Shown here piece after piece: positions 1-7,182 of a DNA stretch of 42,177 nt. Both the position numbers and the translations under genes were made by a program. The notes beneath the pieces were generated by a model, which was not told where the DNA came from, did not search any database, and saw nothing but the letters and a program-made list of their open reading frames with translations. Position 1 is the stretch's first letter, and the number at the start of each line of letters is the position of its first letter. The stretch is from an uncultured Gammaproteobacteria bacterium. Lineage in GTDB: Bacteria > Patescibacteriota > Microgenomatia > CAZETR01 > Amesbacteraceae. The stretch is taken from the NCBI GenBank assembly GCA_964358085.1, contig CAYHNU010000002.1, positions 1 through 42,177 on the forward strand. The letters run 5' to 3'.

Positions 1-2
1 AA

Positions 3-149
3 ATTTTAAGAATGTTGTTAGCCCCGCTAGAATTGATATGGATGCCGGTAGTAGGTTTTTTCTTTGGGGCCTTGCCAGGATTGGATGCGCATACCAGGCT
101 GATGATGGGGCGCTACATAGAGTATCGGGTTACTGAAAAAGTTGGGTAA
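3..149 (+). CDS. 3' end of an ORF truncated by the window edge (hydrophobic C-terminus ...LLAPLELIWMPVVGFFFGALPGLDAHTRL...)
   Basis: Frame 3 is open from the window edge to TAA at 147-149 (own translation). No family recognised. Confidence 0.3.
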   Translation: MLRMLLAPLELIWMPVVGFFFGALPGLDAHTRLMMGRYIEYRVTEKVG

Positions 150-248
150 CCAGATACTGTATCCCTTGCCTCACTTGGTTGCTCGGCGTGACTCGCAAGC
201 CGTGAGGAGCGTGATTGAACATCGAGTACGGAAAAGGTAGGATAAGCT

Positions 249-1652
249 ATGCGCAAGTGGCTGGTGGTACATGAAGCGATATTGATTATCTTGGCAGGAG
301 TGGTGTTTTTGAGAATTCCCAGTCTGTTTGAGCCGTATTGGTATGGGGATGAAGGAATATATCTGACGGTGGGCCGGGCGATGAGACAGGGGGTGGAACT
401 GTATCGAGGGGTCCACGACAATAAACCCCCGTTGATATACACGCTGGCGGCTGTGGCCGATGGAAGGCAGTTTTGGTTTAAATTTATCCTGATGCTATGG
501 AGCGTGGCTACGGTGGCTGTATTTTGGAATGTGTCCCGGTATCGGATCTGGCCAACCGTGATTTTTGCATTGCTAACGACACTGCCGTTGTTGGAGGGGA
601 ATATCGCGAACGCGGAAGTGTTTTTTCTGCTTCTGACTGTGGGGGCGTTTGGCCTGGTGTGGAAGGACGACAGTTTAAAAAATATTTTTGGGGCGGGGAT
701 ATTGTACGGAGTAGCGGGACTGTTTAAAACACCGGGGCTATTAGAAGTGGCGGTGTGGCCGGCGATATGGCTGGTAAGCCGAGACCGTGAGTGGCTGAAG
801 AAATCATGGTGGATGGGAGTGGGGGCGGCAATACCGATGGGGTTGGCAGTGATCTATTTCTTGGGAAGAGGAACACTGCCGGAATTTATGACAGCGGCAG
901 GGATAAAAATGATCCCCTATTTGTCTAGCTGGAATGTGGGGTTACCGATAGTTGGATCGTTGTCTGGAAGAGCTGCGTTATTAGTTACTTGGTTACTTGG
1001 TTTATGGTTATTGAGAGAAAAAGTGTCTAAGACGGTAATAGTTATGGGGGTATGGTGGGGGGTAACACTATTTGCCGCCTTACTTTCGGGCCGGCCGTAT
1101 CCCCATTACCTGCTACAAATGGTGCCGGTAGTTAGCCTGGCGGTGGGAGCGGTAGCCTGGGAAGAGAAAAAAGGAAAGATTCTGTGGCTGGCAATGGCTG
1201 TGGCAACTGCCGCAGCGGTGGGCTTATTTAAATTTTATGCTTATCCGGTGGTGAGCTACTATCAAAATTGGGGCAGGTGGGTGGCGGGACGACAGAGCCA
1301 CAAAGCGTATACGCAATGGTTTGATCCCCAAGTGAAAAACAATTATGAGATAGCTAGGCTTGTTATGGCCGGAAGTCGAGAGAATGAGAAAATTTTTGTG
1401 TGGGGAGATGAGCCCATGATATACGCGCTGTCCCGCAGGCTACCGGCAACTAAATACACGGTGGAATACCATGTTAAGGAGTTTGGGGCTCAGAAGGAAA
1501 CCCTGGAACGATTGAGTGAGACACCGCCGCGATATATTGTTCTCTGGGGAAACGGAGAAGATCTCCCGGGCCTGGCGGAACTACTAAAAGAAGAATATAT
1601 GCGGGAGACGATGATGGGAGAGGCCCAGGTGTACCGTTTATGGATGAATTGA
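249..1652 (+). CDS. GT-C fold membrane glycosyltransferase (family 39/83, ArnT/PMT-like)
   Basis: 467 aa and polytopic. The N-terminal loop motif YWYGDEGIY...HDNKPPLIY is typical of ArnT/PMT-type lipid-linked sugar transferases. Confidence 0.7.
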   Translation: MRKWLVVHEAILIILAGVVFLRIPSLFEPYWYGDEGIYLTVGRAMRQGVELYRGVHDNKPPLIYTLAAVADGRQFWFKFILMLWSVATVAVFWNVSRYRIWPTVIFALLTTLPLLEGNIANAEVFFLLLTVGAFGLVWKDDSLKNIFGAGILYGVAGLFKTPGLLEVAVWPAIWLVSRDREWLKKSWWMGVGAAIPMGLAVIYFLGRGTLPEFMTAAGIKMIPYLSSWNVGLPIVGSLSGRAALLVTWLLGLWLLREKVSKTVIVMGVWWGVTLFAALLSGRPYPHYLLQMVPVVSLAVGAVAWEEKKGKILWLAMAVATAAAVGLFKFYAYPVVSYYQNWGRWVAGRQSHKAYTQWFDPQVKNNYEIARLVMAGSRENEKIFVWGDEPMIYALSRRLPATKYTVEYHVKEFGAQKETLERLSETPPRYIVLWGNGEDLPGLAELLKEEYMRETMMGEAQVYRLWMN

Positions 1653-1975
1653 AGAAAAAATTGGAGTTGTGGAATTGGCGGGTGGTAACCGTGGGGATAG
1701 TGGTGGGAGTGGGACTAGTAGCCATATATTGGAGAAGTCTGCCGCCCGAAGTACCGCTGTTGTACAGCCGGCCGTGGGGACAAGATCAACTGGTAAGTCC
1801 ATATTTTTTGGTAATCCCGCCGGTATTTTCGGCCATCGTTGGGATTTTTCTGGGCTGGGTAGCAAGTAAGTCGGTGGAGGAAAAATTGCTACCGATTATT
1901 ATTTGGGTCTCGAGCATGGTGGTGCAAATGATTACAATTCTCGGATTAGTGAGAATTGTGATGTTGGTCGTATGA
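1640..1975 (+). CDS. small membrane protein (about 3 TM), function unknown
   Basis: 111-aa hydrophobic ORF. Its stop overlaps the next gene's ATG as ATGA at 1972-1975, which suggests operon coupling. Confidence 0.45.
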   Translation: MDELKKKLELWNWRVVTVGIVVGVGLVAIYWRSLPPEVPLLYSRPWGQDQLVSPYFLVIPPVFSAIVGIFLGWVASKSVEEKLLPIIIWVSSMVVQMITILGLVRIVMLVV

Positions 1976-3036
1976 TAATACCCTTTTTAATGGCGGCTGC
2001 CGTTTCCTGGATAGTGACGAGGTGGGTGGTGAAAAAAGGAAAATTTTTGGGAATTATTGACGATCCGGCCCGCCACAAGCATCCCAAAGTTATCCATGAT
2101 AAACCCGTTCCCCGGGGCGGAGGGATTCCGATTTTTGCGGCACTGCTAACGGTGTTGTTCTTCACGCAACCCAGCAAGCAGGTCTGGGGGGTAATAATTG
2201 GCGCAGCGATACTGGCGATAGTGGGATTTCTGGACGACAGATTCGAAGAAAAAATTTCGCCTTATTTAAGATTGGGGGTAAATATTCTGGCGGCACTAGC
2301 TGTCATCGGGGCAGGAATAGGCATTGCTTATATTACTAACCCCTTAGGGGGAGTAATAGACCTGTCGTGGCCCAGATGGTGCATTGGGTCGCACTGTGTG
2401 TGGATTTTGTCAGACGTATTCGCCTTGGTGTGGCTAGTAGCGATGCAAAATATTGTAGGCTGGAGCAGCGGAGTAGACGGACAATTGCCGGGGTTTGTGA
2501 TAATTGCAGCTATTACAATTGCTCTTTTGGGGTGGAGATTTAATGTGGATTTTGGACAATGGCCGGTGATAATGTTGGCAGCGGTAGTAGCGGGAGCGTA
2601 CGCCGGATTTTTGCCCTGGAATTGGTTTCCGCAAAAAATAATGCCGGGGTATGGAGGAAAAAGCCTGGCCGGATTTTTGTTGGGGGTGCTGGCCATTATG
2701 TCCGGAGCCAAGGTGGGGGCGATGATGCTGATATTGGGGCTACCGTTTATCGACGCGGCGCTCGTCATCATCAAACGTCTGCGGGAAGGACGCAGTCCGG
2801 TGTGGGGAGGAAATGAACACCTGCATCATTACTTGTTGAAACGAGGGTGGGGAAAAAGAAGAATCGCCTTATTTTACTGGGGAGTGGCAGCGGTGATGGC
2901 GGTAGCCGCTCTGCAATTGAATAGTGGATGGAAGTACTTTACAATGGCCACAGTCATCTTAGTGGTTGGCGGAGTGATTTTATGGTTGCAAGGATTTTTG
3001 ACCTTTTCAAAACAGCCCGGCCCCGACAGTGGGTAA
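1972..3036 (+). CDS. polyprenyl-phosphate N-acetylhexosamine-1-phosphate transferase (MraY/WecA family, glycosyltransferase family 4)
   Basis: Motifs GIIDDP..HK.P.PRGGGIPIF and GFLDD, with about 10 TM helices. Start placed at ATG 1972 (MIIPFLMAAAV), which overlaps the upstream stop. Confidence 0.8.
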   Translation: MIIPFLMAAAVSWIVTRWVVKKGKFLGIIDDPARHKHPKVIHDKPVPRGGGIPIFAALLTVLFFTQPSKQVWGVIIGAAILAIVGFLDDRFEEKISPYLRLGVNILAALAVIGAGIGIAYITNPLGGVIDLSWPRWCIGSHCVWILSDVFALVWLVAMQNIVGWSSGVDGQLPGFVIIAAITIALLGWRFNVDFGQWPVIMLAAVVAGAYAGFLPWNWFPQKIMPGYGGKSLAGFLLGVLAIMSGAKVGAMMLILGLPFIDAALVIIKRLREGRSPVWGGNEHLHHYLLKRGWGKRRIALFYWGVAAVMAVAALQLNSGWKYFTMATVILVVGGVILWLQGFLTFSKQPGPDSG

Positions 3037-3926
3037 AGAACCTGACGCTATACTCGGGGCTGATTTTTACGGGGAATGTGCTTTCCCGTGTTGTGTGGTG
3101 GAGTAACTTTTGGGTAGTAACCGAAGCCATTATGGCTTTTACGTTGGTCGCGGTGTCCATTTATTTCTTAAACGACCTGGTGGACATCAAAGGCGACCAG
3201 GCACACCCGTTTAAGAAATTTCGGCCGGTGGCGACGGGCAGAATTTCCAAATCATTGGCGATAGCGGTATTTCTGGTAGCCGGAGCAGCGGGGTTAGGGT
3301 GGGCCAAAATCTTGTCTCCACTTTTCTTTCTGACTGTTTTTGGCTATTGGGTGTTGCAGATTTTATATTCGTGGGGTTTGAAGAACGTCGAGGTGGTAGA
3401 CGTATTTGTAATTGCCCTAGGTTTCTTTTTACGCGTGCTGGCGGGGGCGATTGTGATTAACGCCCACTTGTCTATTTGGTTTCTGCTGTGTGTAATTTCA
3501 GTATCCCTGTTTTTGGCGGTAGGGAAACGCCGGGCAGAACTGGCGATTCTAACGGAAACGGGCGCCGCGGCTCACCGCAAAGTGATGGGAAAATATACGA
3601 CAGATATTCTGGATCGGTATGTGGGCATGTTTGCCACTTCTTCTTACCTGTCTTGGGCGCTATACACCTTTAATTTTTACGAGCAGGCGCCGTCATTGGT
3701 ACCATCGTCTTTGATATTGCTGTCGCGAACGCTGACTATTAACAAATGGCTGATGGCCACTATTCCGGTAGTGATTTTTGGGATCATGCGTTACATTCGC
3801 ATCATTTACGACGGGGCACGGGCGGAGACTCCGGAGAAGGTGATTCTGTCCGATCTGCCGTTGTTGATATCTGTGGCTACGTGGGGAGCGATAGTGGTAG
3901 CGGTGTTATATTTGGGACCTATCTAG
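2982..3926 (+). CDS. UbiA-family prenyltransferase, resembling decaprenyl-phosphate phosphoribosyltransferase
   Basis: ARPRQWVKNL N-terminus and the YFLNDLVDIKGDQAHP.K..RP aspartate-rich motif; polytopic. Start chosen at M19 of the listed ORF. Confidence 0.7.
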   Translation: MVARIFDLFKTARPRQWVKNLTLYSGLIFTGNVLSRVVWWSNFWVVTEAIMAFTLVAVSIYFLNDLVDIKGDQAHPFKKFRPVATGRISKSLAIAVFLVAGAAGLGWAKILSPLFFLTVFGYWVLQILYSWGLKNVEVVDVFVIALGFFLRVLAGAIVINAHLSIWFLLCVISVSLFLAVGKRRAELAILTETGAAAHRKVMGKYTTDILDRYVGMFATSSYLSWALYTFNFYEQAPSLVPSSLILLSRTLTINKWLMATIPVVIFGIMRYIRIIYDGARAETPEKVILSDLPLLISVATWGAIVVAVLYLGPI

Positions 3927-3927
3927 A

Positions 3928-4764
3928 TTACTCGAATTTGTCGGCATATTGGGACGAGATCCAGCCGGAAGAAGTAGCGTTAAGATCGACCTTGATGAGG
4001 TACCAACTGGGGGCTTTTTCTAAGAGCGGATATTTTTCTCCAGGCTTGACCCGGCCTATTTCTTTGGCACCAGTGTTTGGTTCCTGGCGGATTCGTAAGA
4101 AGCCCGTGGGGGTATCTTTGATTTCTACATACGGCTTCTTCAGAATAGCGGAGGCTGTGGCTTCTGGTGTTGGAGAGGGAGATGGTGTGGGCAAGCTAGC
4201 CAGTTTGACGTTGACGTTAAGTTTGTAACCTAAAACGGCCTTAGCAAAAACAGTCCGGGGTGAAAAACCAGGAGCAGAGATACCAATCTGGTGATCGCCG
4301 GCGGGAACAGAAGGAACGGGAAGTGGAGAAAATCCCTGGGGCTGACCATCGAGAGTAATCGAAGCGGAATTCGGGTTGGAAGTGACTACCGCCAGGGAGG
4401 CGGTCTTGCCTGACTGAAGCTCGAGATTGACTACTTCGCCGGAGGAAGCCAAGTCGGAGTCACCAAAATCCCGCTTGACCACGGTGTAGGTGTTGGAGGT
4501 AAGACGAACTTTGGTCTGATACGAAGTCAAAGACAAGGAGGTGGAGGTGGGAATAAGTTTGATGGTCACTTCGCCGGGTTTAAAAATCTTTTCCAGAGGA
4601 GTCTGGCCCAGTTGAACGTTATCCACATAAACCAAGGAAGTAGGAGTAGATTCGATGCGCAAGCCGGCGTTGGGCTTTTTCCCCTGGAGGTAGCTAAAAA
4701 CGCCAAAGCCGATGGCTGCTGCCCCGGCCAGGATCAAAATAATGGCTGCAATCTTCTTACCCAC
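3928..4764 (-). CDS. membrane-anchored PEGA-domain protein with C-terminal SH3b-like domain
   Basis: N-terminal TM helix. Two PEGA-like repeats (VYVDNVQLGQTPL; ITLDGQPQG..GDHQIGISAPGF). C-terminus (GFLRIRQEP..GEKYPLL..WYLIKV..GWISSQY) looks like a bacterial SH3 domain. Confidence 0.65.
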   Translation of the reverse strand: MGKKIAAIILILAGAAAIGFGVFSYLQGKKPNAGLRIESTPTSLVYVDNVQLGQTPLEKIFKPGEVTIKLIPTSTSLSLTSYQTKVRLTSNTYTVVKRDFGDSDLASSGEVVNLELQSGKTASLAVVTSNPNSASITLDGQPQGFSPLPVPSVPAGDHQIGISAPGFSPRTVFAKAVLGYKLNVNVKLASLPTPSPSPTPEATASAILKKPYVEIKDTPTGFLRIRQEPNTGAKEIGRVKPGEKYPLLEKAPSWYLIKVDLNATSSGWISSQYADKFE

Positions 4765-4807
4765 GGGTAAATAATACCACGATTTGGTGTAAAATGAGGC
4801 AGGATTT

Positions 4808-4854
4808 GGCCAGTCCTGCAGAGCAGGATCTGGCTTTGCCAGAGTGGCGAAGTG
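4808..4854 (+). pseudogene. 5' fragment of a tRNA-Cys-like gene (GGCCAG|30-nt insert|GTGGCGAAGTG)
   Basis: With 4814-4843 removed it reads GGCCAGGTGGCGAAGTG. The intact tRNA-Cys 5' end is GGCCTGATGGCGAAGTG (5136-5152). Acceptor GGCCAGG is the exact complement of CCTGGCC at 5333-5339. Confidence 0.55.
4814..4843 (+). repeat. 30-nt double-hairpin element, copy A (TCCTGCAGAGCAGGA-TCTGGCTTTGCCAGA)
   Basis: Two adjacent 6-bp stems with 3-nt loops. Homologous copies lie at 5211-5240 and 5293-5322. Confidence 0.8.
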
Positions 4855-4856
4855 AT

Positions 4857-5132
4857 ATGTACTATACTTATGTACTAAAGAGTCTAGTAAATGGGGATGT
4901 ATACATCGGATACTCAGAAAATTTAAGAACCCGTCTTGAATATCACAACTCGGGCAGGGTAAGATCGACTAAAGGCTATAAGCCGTGGATTTTGGTATAT
5001 TACGAGGCTTATTTAAACAAATTTGATGCGGCAGGACGAGAAAAACAATTAAAAACACATGCTGCCAAATCTTCCCTGGAAAAGCAGATTTCTCGGAGCC
5101 TGACCGAAGCTAATGGTAAAATCAACAGGTAG
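4857..5132 (+). CDS. small GIY-YIG nuclease-superfamily protein
   Basis: YYTYVLKS..GDVYIGYSENL..RL..HN, then a conserved Arg and E..LK. Start moved to ATG 4857, because the upstream 21 codons are only a translation of the hairpin repeats. Confidence 0.8.
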   Translation: MYYTYVLKSLVNGDVYIGYSENLRTRLEYHNSGRVRSTKGYKPWILVYYEAYLNKFDAAGREKQLKTHAAKSSLEKQISRSLTEANGKINR

Positions 5133-5135
5133 TCC

Positions 5136-5207
5136 GGCCTGATGGCGAAGTGGAAACGCTGCGGTCTGCAAAACCGCCATGCGGGGGTTCGATTCCCCCT
5201 CAGGCCT
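5136..5207 (+). tRNA. tRNA-Cys (anticodon GCA)
   Basis: Hand-folded cloverleaf: acceptor GGCCTGA/TCAGGCC, anticodon arm GCGGT-CTGCAAA-ACCGC, T arm GGGGG-TTCGATT-CCCCC. It has the A13/A22 mismatch and U73 discriminator typical of bacterial tRNA-Cys. CCA is not encoded. Confidence 0.9.
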
Positions 5208-5210
5208 CTG

Positions 5211-5240
5211 TCTCACAGAGCGAGATCTGGCTTTGCCAGA
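5211..5240 (+). repeat. 30-nt double-hairpin element, copy C (TCTCACAGAGCGAGA-TCTGGCTTTGCCAGA)
   Basis: Begins 3 nt after the tRNA-Cys 3' end. The first stem differs from copy A by paired (compensatory) changes. Confidence 0.75.
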
Positions 5241-5254
5241 CAAAACCCTTATTC

Positions 5255-5278
5255 GCGGGTGCGAATCCCGCCCGGGTC
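5255..5278 (+). pseudogene. orphan tRNA 3' fragment (T arm GCGGG-TGCGAAT-CCCGC plus acceptor strand CCGGGTC)
   Basis: T-arm-like hairpin and a 7-nt acceptor strand followed by TCT, as at the other two tRNA 3' ends. No proper 5' partner is present. Confidence 0.4.
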
Positions 5279-5286
5279 TCTAGGAT

Positions 5287-5339
5287 GGGGTTTCCTGCAA
5301 AGCAGGATCTAGCTTTGCTAGACGATTCCCCTCCTGGCC
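5287..5339 (+). pseudogene. 3' fragment of the broken tRNA-Cys-like gene, with the T-loop split by copy B of the 30-nt element
   Basis: GGGGTT|30 nt|CGATTCCCC-T-CCTGGCC. Removing 5293-5322 restores GGGGTTCGATTCCCC. The acceptor strand pairs with the 5' fragment at 4808. Confidence 0.55.
5293..5322 (+). repeat. 30-nt double-hairpin element, copy B (TCCTGCAAAGCAGGA-TCTAGCTTTGCTAGA)
   Basis: The second stem carries a compensatory G>A / C>T pair relative to copies A and C. Confidence 0.8.
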
Positions 5340-5375
5340 TCTAAAATCGACGCTTCGGACTTTCTTCGGTTTGGG

Positions 5376-5404
5376 TTGACTTTTAGTAGACTACAGGTTA
5401 TACT
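5376..5404 (+). promoter_or_regulatory. sigma70-type promoter candidate (TTGACT-17 nt-TATACT) upstream of the M23 peptidase gene
   Basis: Read directly: TTGACT 5376-5381, TATACT 5399-5404. Confidence 0.45.
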
Positions 5405-5463
5405 GCAGGGCAGTTCTCCCCAGTATATGAGGGAGAATTTTTTTGGGCCAAAGGCCCACTAAT

Positions 5464-6027
5464 ATGTGGAAATATCTGGCAAAGATGAGTCGACTGGCTA
5501 GACCATGGGCCGCCCATAAAGGTCTGAAGCGGGCCGTGGGGCTAACTATGGCCTTGTTGGTGGCCGTGGTAGCAATTTGGGGACCCTTCCCTGCTTTGGC
5601 CTCGGATACGGGCGGAGCTGGTCTGGCAATACTGCCCGAGGGGGCAATTGAAGTGGTGACCGAGGAAGCGGCCCAGGTGCCGATAGAAAACTACAGAGTA
5701 TCCCAGGGATATCGTTTTTTCCATCCGGGAGTGGATTTGGCGGCCAAGATCGGCGAACCGGTGAAGCCTGTCGCTCGCGGCAAGGTCATTCTGGTACAAA
5801 AAGACCGCTGGGGCTATGGCCAACACGTAATCGTAGATCATGGAGACTACCAAACCTTGTATGCCCATTTATTCAAAATCAACGTGGCAGAAGGCCAGGA
5901 AGTGAACATGGAGACGGTTTTGGGTGAGGTCGGCTCAACCGGACGGTCTAGCGGACCGCATTTGCACTTGGAAGTCCGGGAAGGTAACAAAACCATCAAC
6001 CCCAAATCCGTGCTGGATATTAAGTGA
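5464..6027 (+). CDS. M23 (LytM-type) metallopeptidase, membrane-anchored
   Basis: HPGVD (HxxxD) and GPHLHLEV (HxH) motifs with an N-terminal TM helix. ATG 5464 is preferred over the TTG at 5443. Confidence 0.85.
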   Translation: MWKYLAKMSRLARPWAAHKGLKRAVGLTMALLVAVVAIWGPFPALASDTGGAGLAILPEGAIEVVTEEAAQVPIENYRVSQGYRFFHPGVDLAAKIGEPVKPVARGKVILVQKDRWGYGQHVIVDHGDYQTLYAHLFKINVAEGQEVNMETVLGEVGSTGRSSGPHLHLEVREGNKTINPKSVLDIK

Positions 6028-6175
6028 GTTTCTGAAGTTTTTTTATTTTTATAACCTTCTCCCCGGGGCTTATCTTAAAGGAAATTTTATCTCCCGGTAC
6101 AATCCTCAACAAAATCTGGATGCTCCGAGAAATGGTGATTCTGCCTCTGGAAGTAAGAGTATAAATTCCGATCAT
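6020..6175 (-). CDS. 51-aa AbrB/SpoVT (MazE-like) fold DNA-binding protein candidate
   Basis: Own translation: MIGIYTLTSRGRITISRSIQILLRIVPGDKISFKISPGEKVIKIKKLQKLT. It fits the S.GxITI...I...L.I..GD.v.F...g.kv.I pattern. Below the ORF-track size cutoff. ATGA overlap with the upstream mini-ORF. Confidence 0.5.
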   Translation of the reverse strand: MIGIYTLTSRGRITISRSIQILLRIVPGDKISFKISPGEKVIKIKKLQKLT

Positions 6176-6285
6176 GGCATTGCTATTTTATAACCGATAT
6201 TACCCATAACACCAGTGATAGTGTCCCAGGCGCTGGCGAGGTTGACCTTGGCATAGCCTTCAATGAGAATTTTGACTTTATTCAT
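6172..6285 (-). CDS. 37-aa mini-ORF (MNKVKILIEGYAKVNLASAWDTITGVMGNIGYKIAMP), possibly a gene remnant
   Basis: ATGA overlaps at both ends (6282-6285 and 6172-6175) link it to its neighbours. No family assigned. Confidence 0.25.
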   Translation of the reverse strand: MNKVKILIEGYAKVNLASAWDTITGVMGNIGYKIAMP

Positions 6286-6602
6286 GGATGAGGAGTATGA
6301 GCTTTAAATCTCTCAGCTGCTTCAGGGCTTTCCTGAATCATCCAAGAATTAGCGTTGCTGTCAGGTCTCCATCTAGCTATTAGCCGGTCACCGACATAGA
6401 CCCCTAAATGAGGGCCAATTCTCCACGGGTCTTTCCTTTCCAGTTTAGTCAAAACGTCATCCCCGTAGAGACCAATTATTTTTAAGGCTACTCCAGGATT
6501 AATTCTGCTTTTCACTGGAGTGGCAGGAGGGAACTCTACTTCTGTAAAAACTGCGGAAGAATGACTCCTCCAATTCCCTGGTGCGTCTTTGGTCTCGGTC
6601 AT
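6282..6602 (-). CDS. hypothetical protein (106 aa)
   Basis: ORF with a 4-nt overlap with the upstream hydrolase gene. No motif recognised. Confidence 0.5.
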   Translation of the reverse strand: MTETKDAPGNWRSHSSAVFTEVEFPPATPVKSRINPGVALKIIGLYGDDVLTKLERKDPWRIGPHLGVYVGDRLIARWRPDSNANSWMIQESPEAAERFKAHTPHP

Positions 6603-7174
6603 GATGGGTATTGTAGATTATTAATATTTTCTAAAAGTTGGGGAAATTGAGTAAATCCTGCCTTGGTGCTTAGATGTCCGCCGCCTGGGATAACAATAAA
6701 TTCCGCGGAGAGTTTTTCGGCAAAATCGCGAGCAATGTCCAACGGCACATATGGATCATTGTCTCCAGCGAGGCACACAAACTTGCCACAATTTTGACGG
6801 ACCTTATCCCAATCTATGGGTTTATCTGAGAAGGGATCGTTGAGAGTGGGATATGGCTCCTGGAGCGGAAGTTTATTGGCAAAACCGGAAACAAAGAAGC
6901 ACGCTCTTACTTGTTTGTTGATCGTGGCCAAATAGTGACAAGTAGCCAAACAGGACATGCTATGAGCAACTAAGACTGTCTGATTATCGGGCCCGCCAAG
7001 GCTGTTTACGATTTCGGTTATGGCTTTTACCCAGTTGTCCGGATTTTGTCCTTTGGGTGTAGGAAGCTGAGGGCGAACTGTGGTGTGACCAAGTTTTTCC
7101 AACTCTCCCGCTAGCCAGGGAAACCAATTACCTTCCGGACTTCCCAAAGTGCCATGCAGAATAATAAATTTCAT
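6599..7174 (-). CDS. alpha/beta serine hydrolase, YdeN/RBBP9-like
   Basis: MKFIILHG..GSPEGNWFPWL start, nucleophile elbow VLVAHSMSC, about 190 aa, C-terminal GGGH. Confidence 0.7.
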   Translation of the reverse strand: MKFIILHGTLGSPEGNWFPWLAGELEKLGHTTVRPQLPTPKGQNPDNWVKAITEIVNSLGGPDNQTVLVAHSMSCLATCHYLATINKQVRACFFVSGFANKLPLQEPYPTLNDPFSDKPIDWDKVRQNCGKFVCLAGDNDPYVPLDIARDFAEKLSAEFIVIPGGGHLSTKAGFTQFPQLLENINNLQYPS

Positions 7175-7182
7175 TCTTGTGG

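Noticed and set aside
4794-4856. N-terminal extension of the GIY-YIG ORF (MRQDLASPAEQDLALPEWRSD).
   Set aside because: These codons only translate the hairpin repeats and the tRNA fragment; the same QDLAL peptide appears in the spurious ORF 5150-5344. The family-typical N-terminus begins at ATG 4857.
5224-5278. A 55-nt mini-tRNA formed by pairing GATCTGG (inside hairpin copy C) with CCGGGTC.
   Set aside because: The pairing needs two G-U pairs and leaves no D or anticodon arm. It is more simply an orphan tRNA 3' fragment next to a repeat copy.
5049-5344. ORFs 5049-5243 (minus strand) and 5150-5344 (plus strand).
   Set aside because: They overlap the tRNA-Cys gene, the tRNA fragments and the hairpin repeats, and have no protein-like features.
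5413-5442. Terminator-like hairpin TTCTCCC-N10-GGGAGAA plus T7, between the predicted promoter and the M23 peptidase start.
   Set aside because: It could be an attenuator, or the terminator of the tRNA region. With the promoter itself uncertain I cannot assign a role, so it is noted only here.
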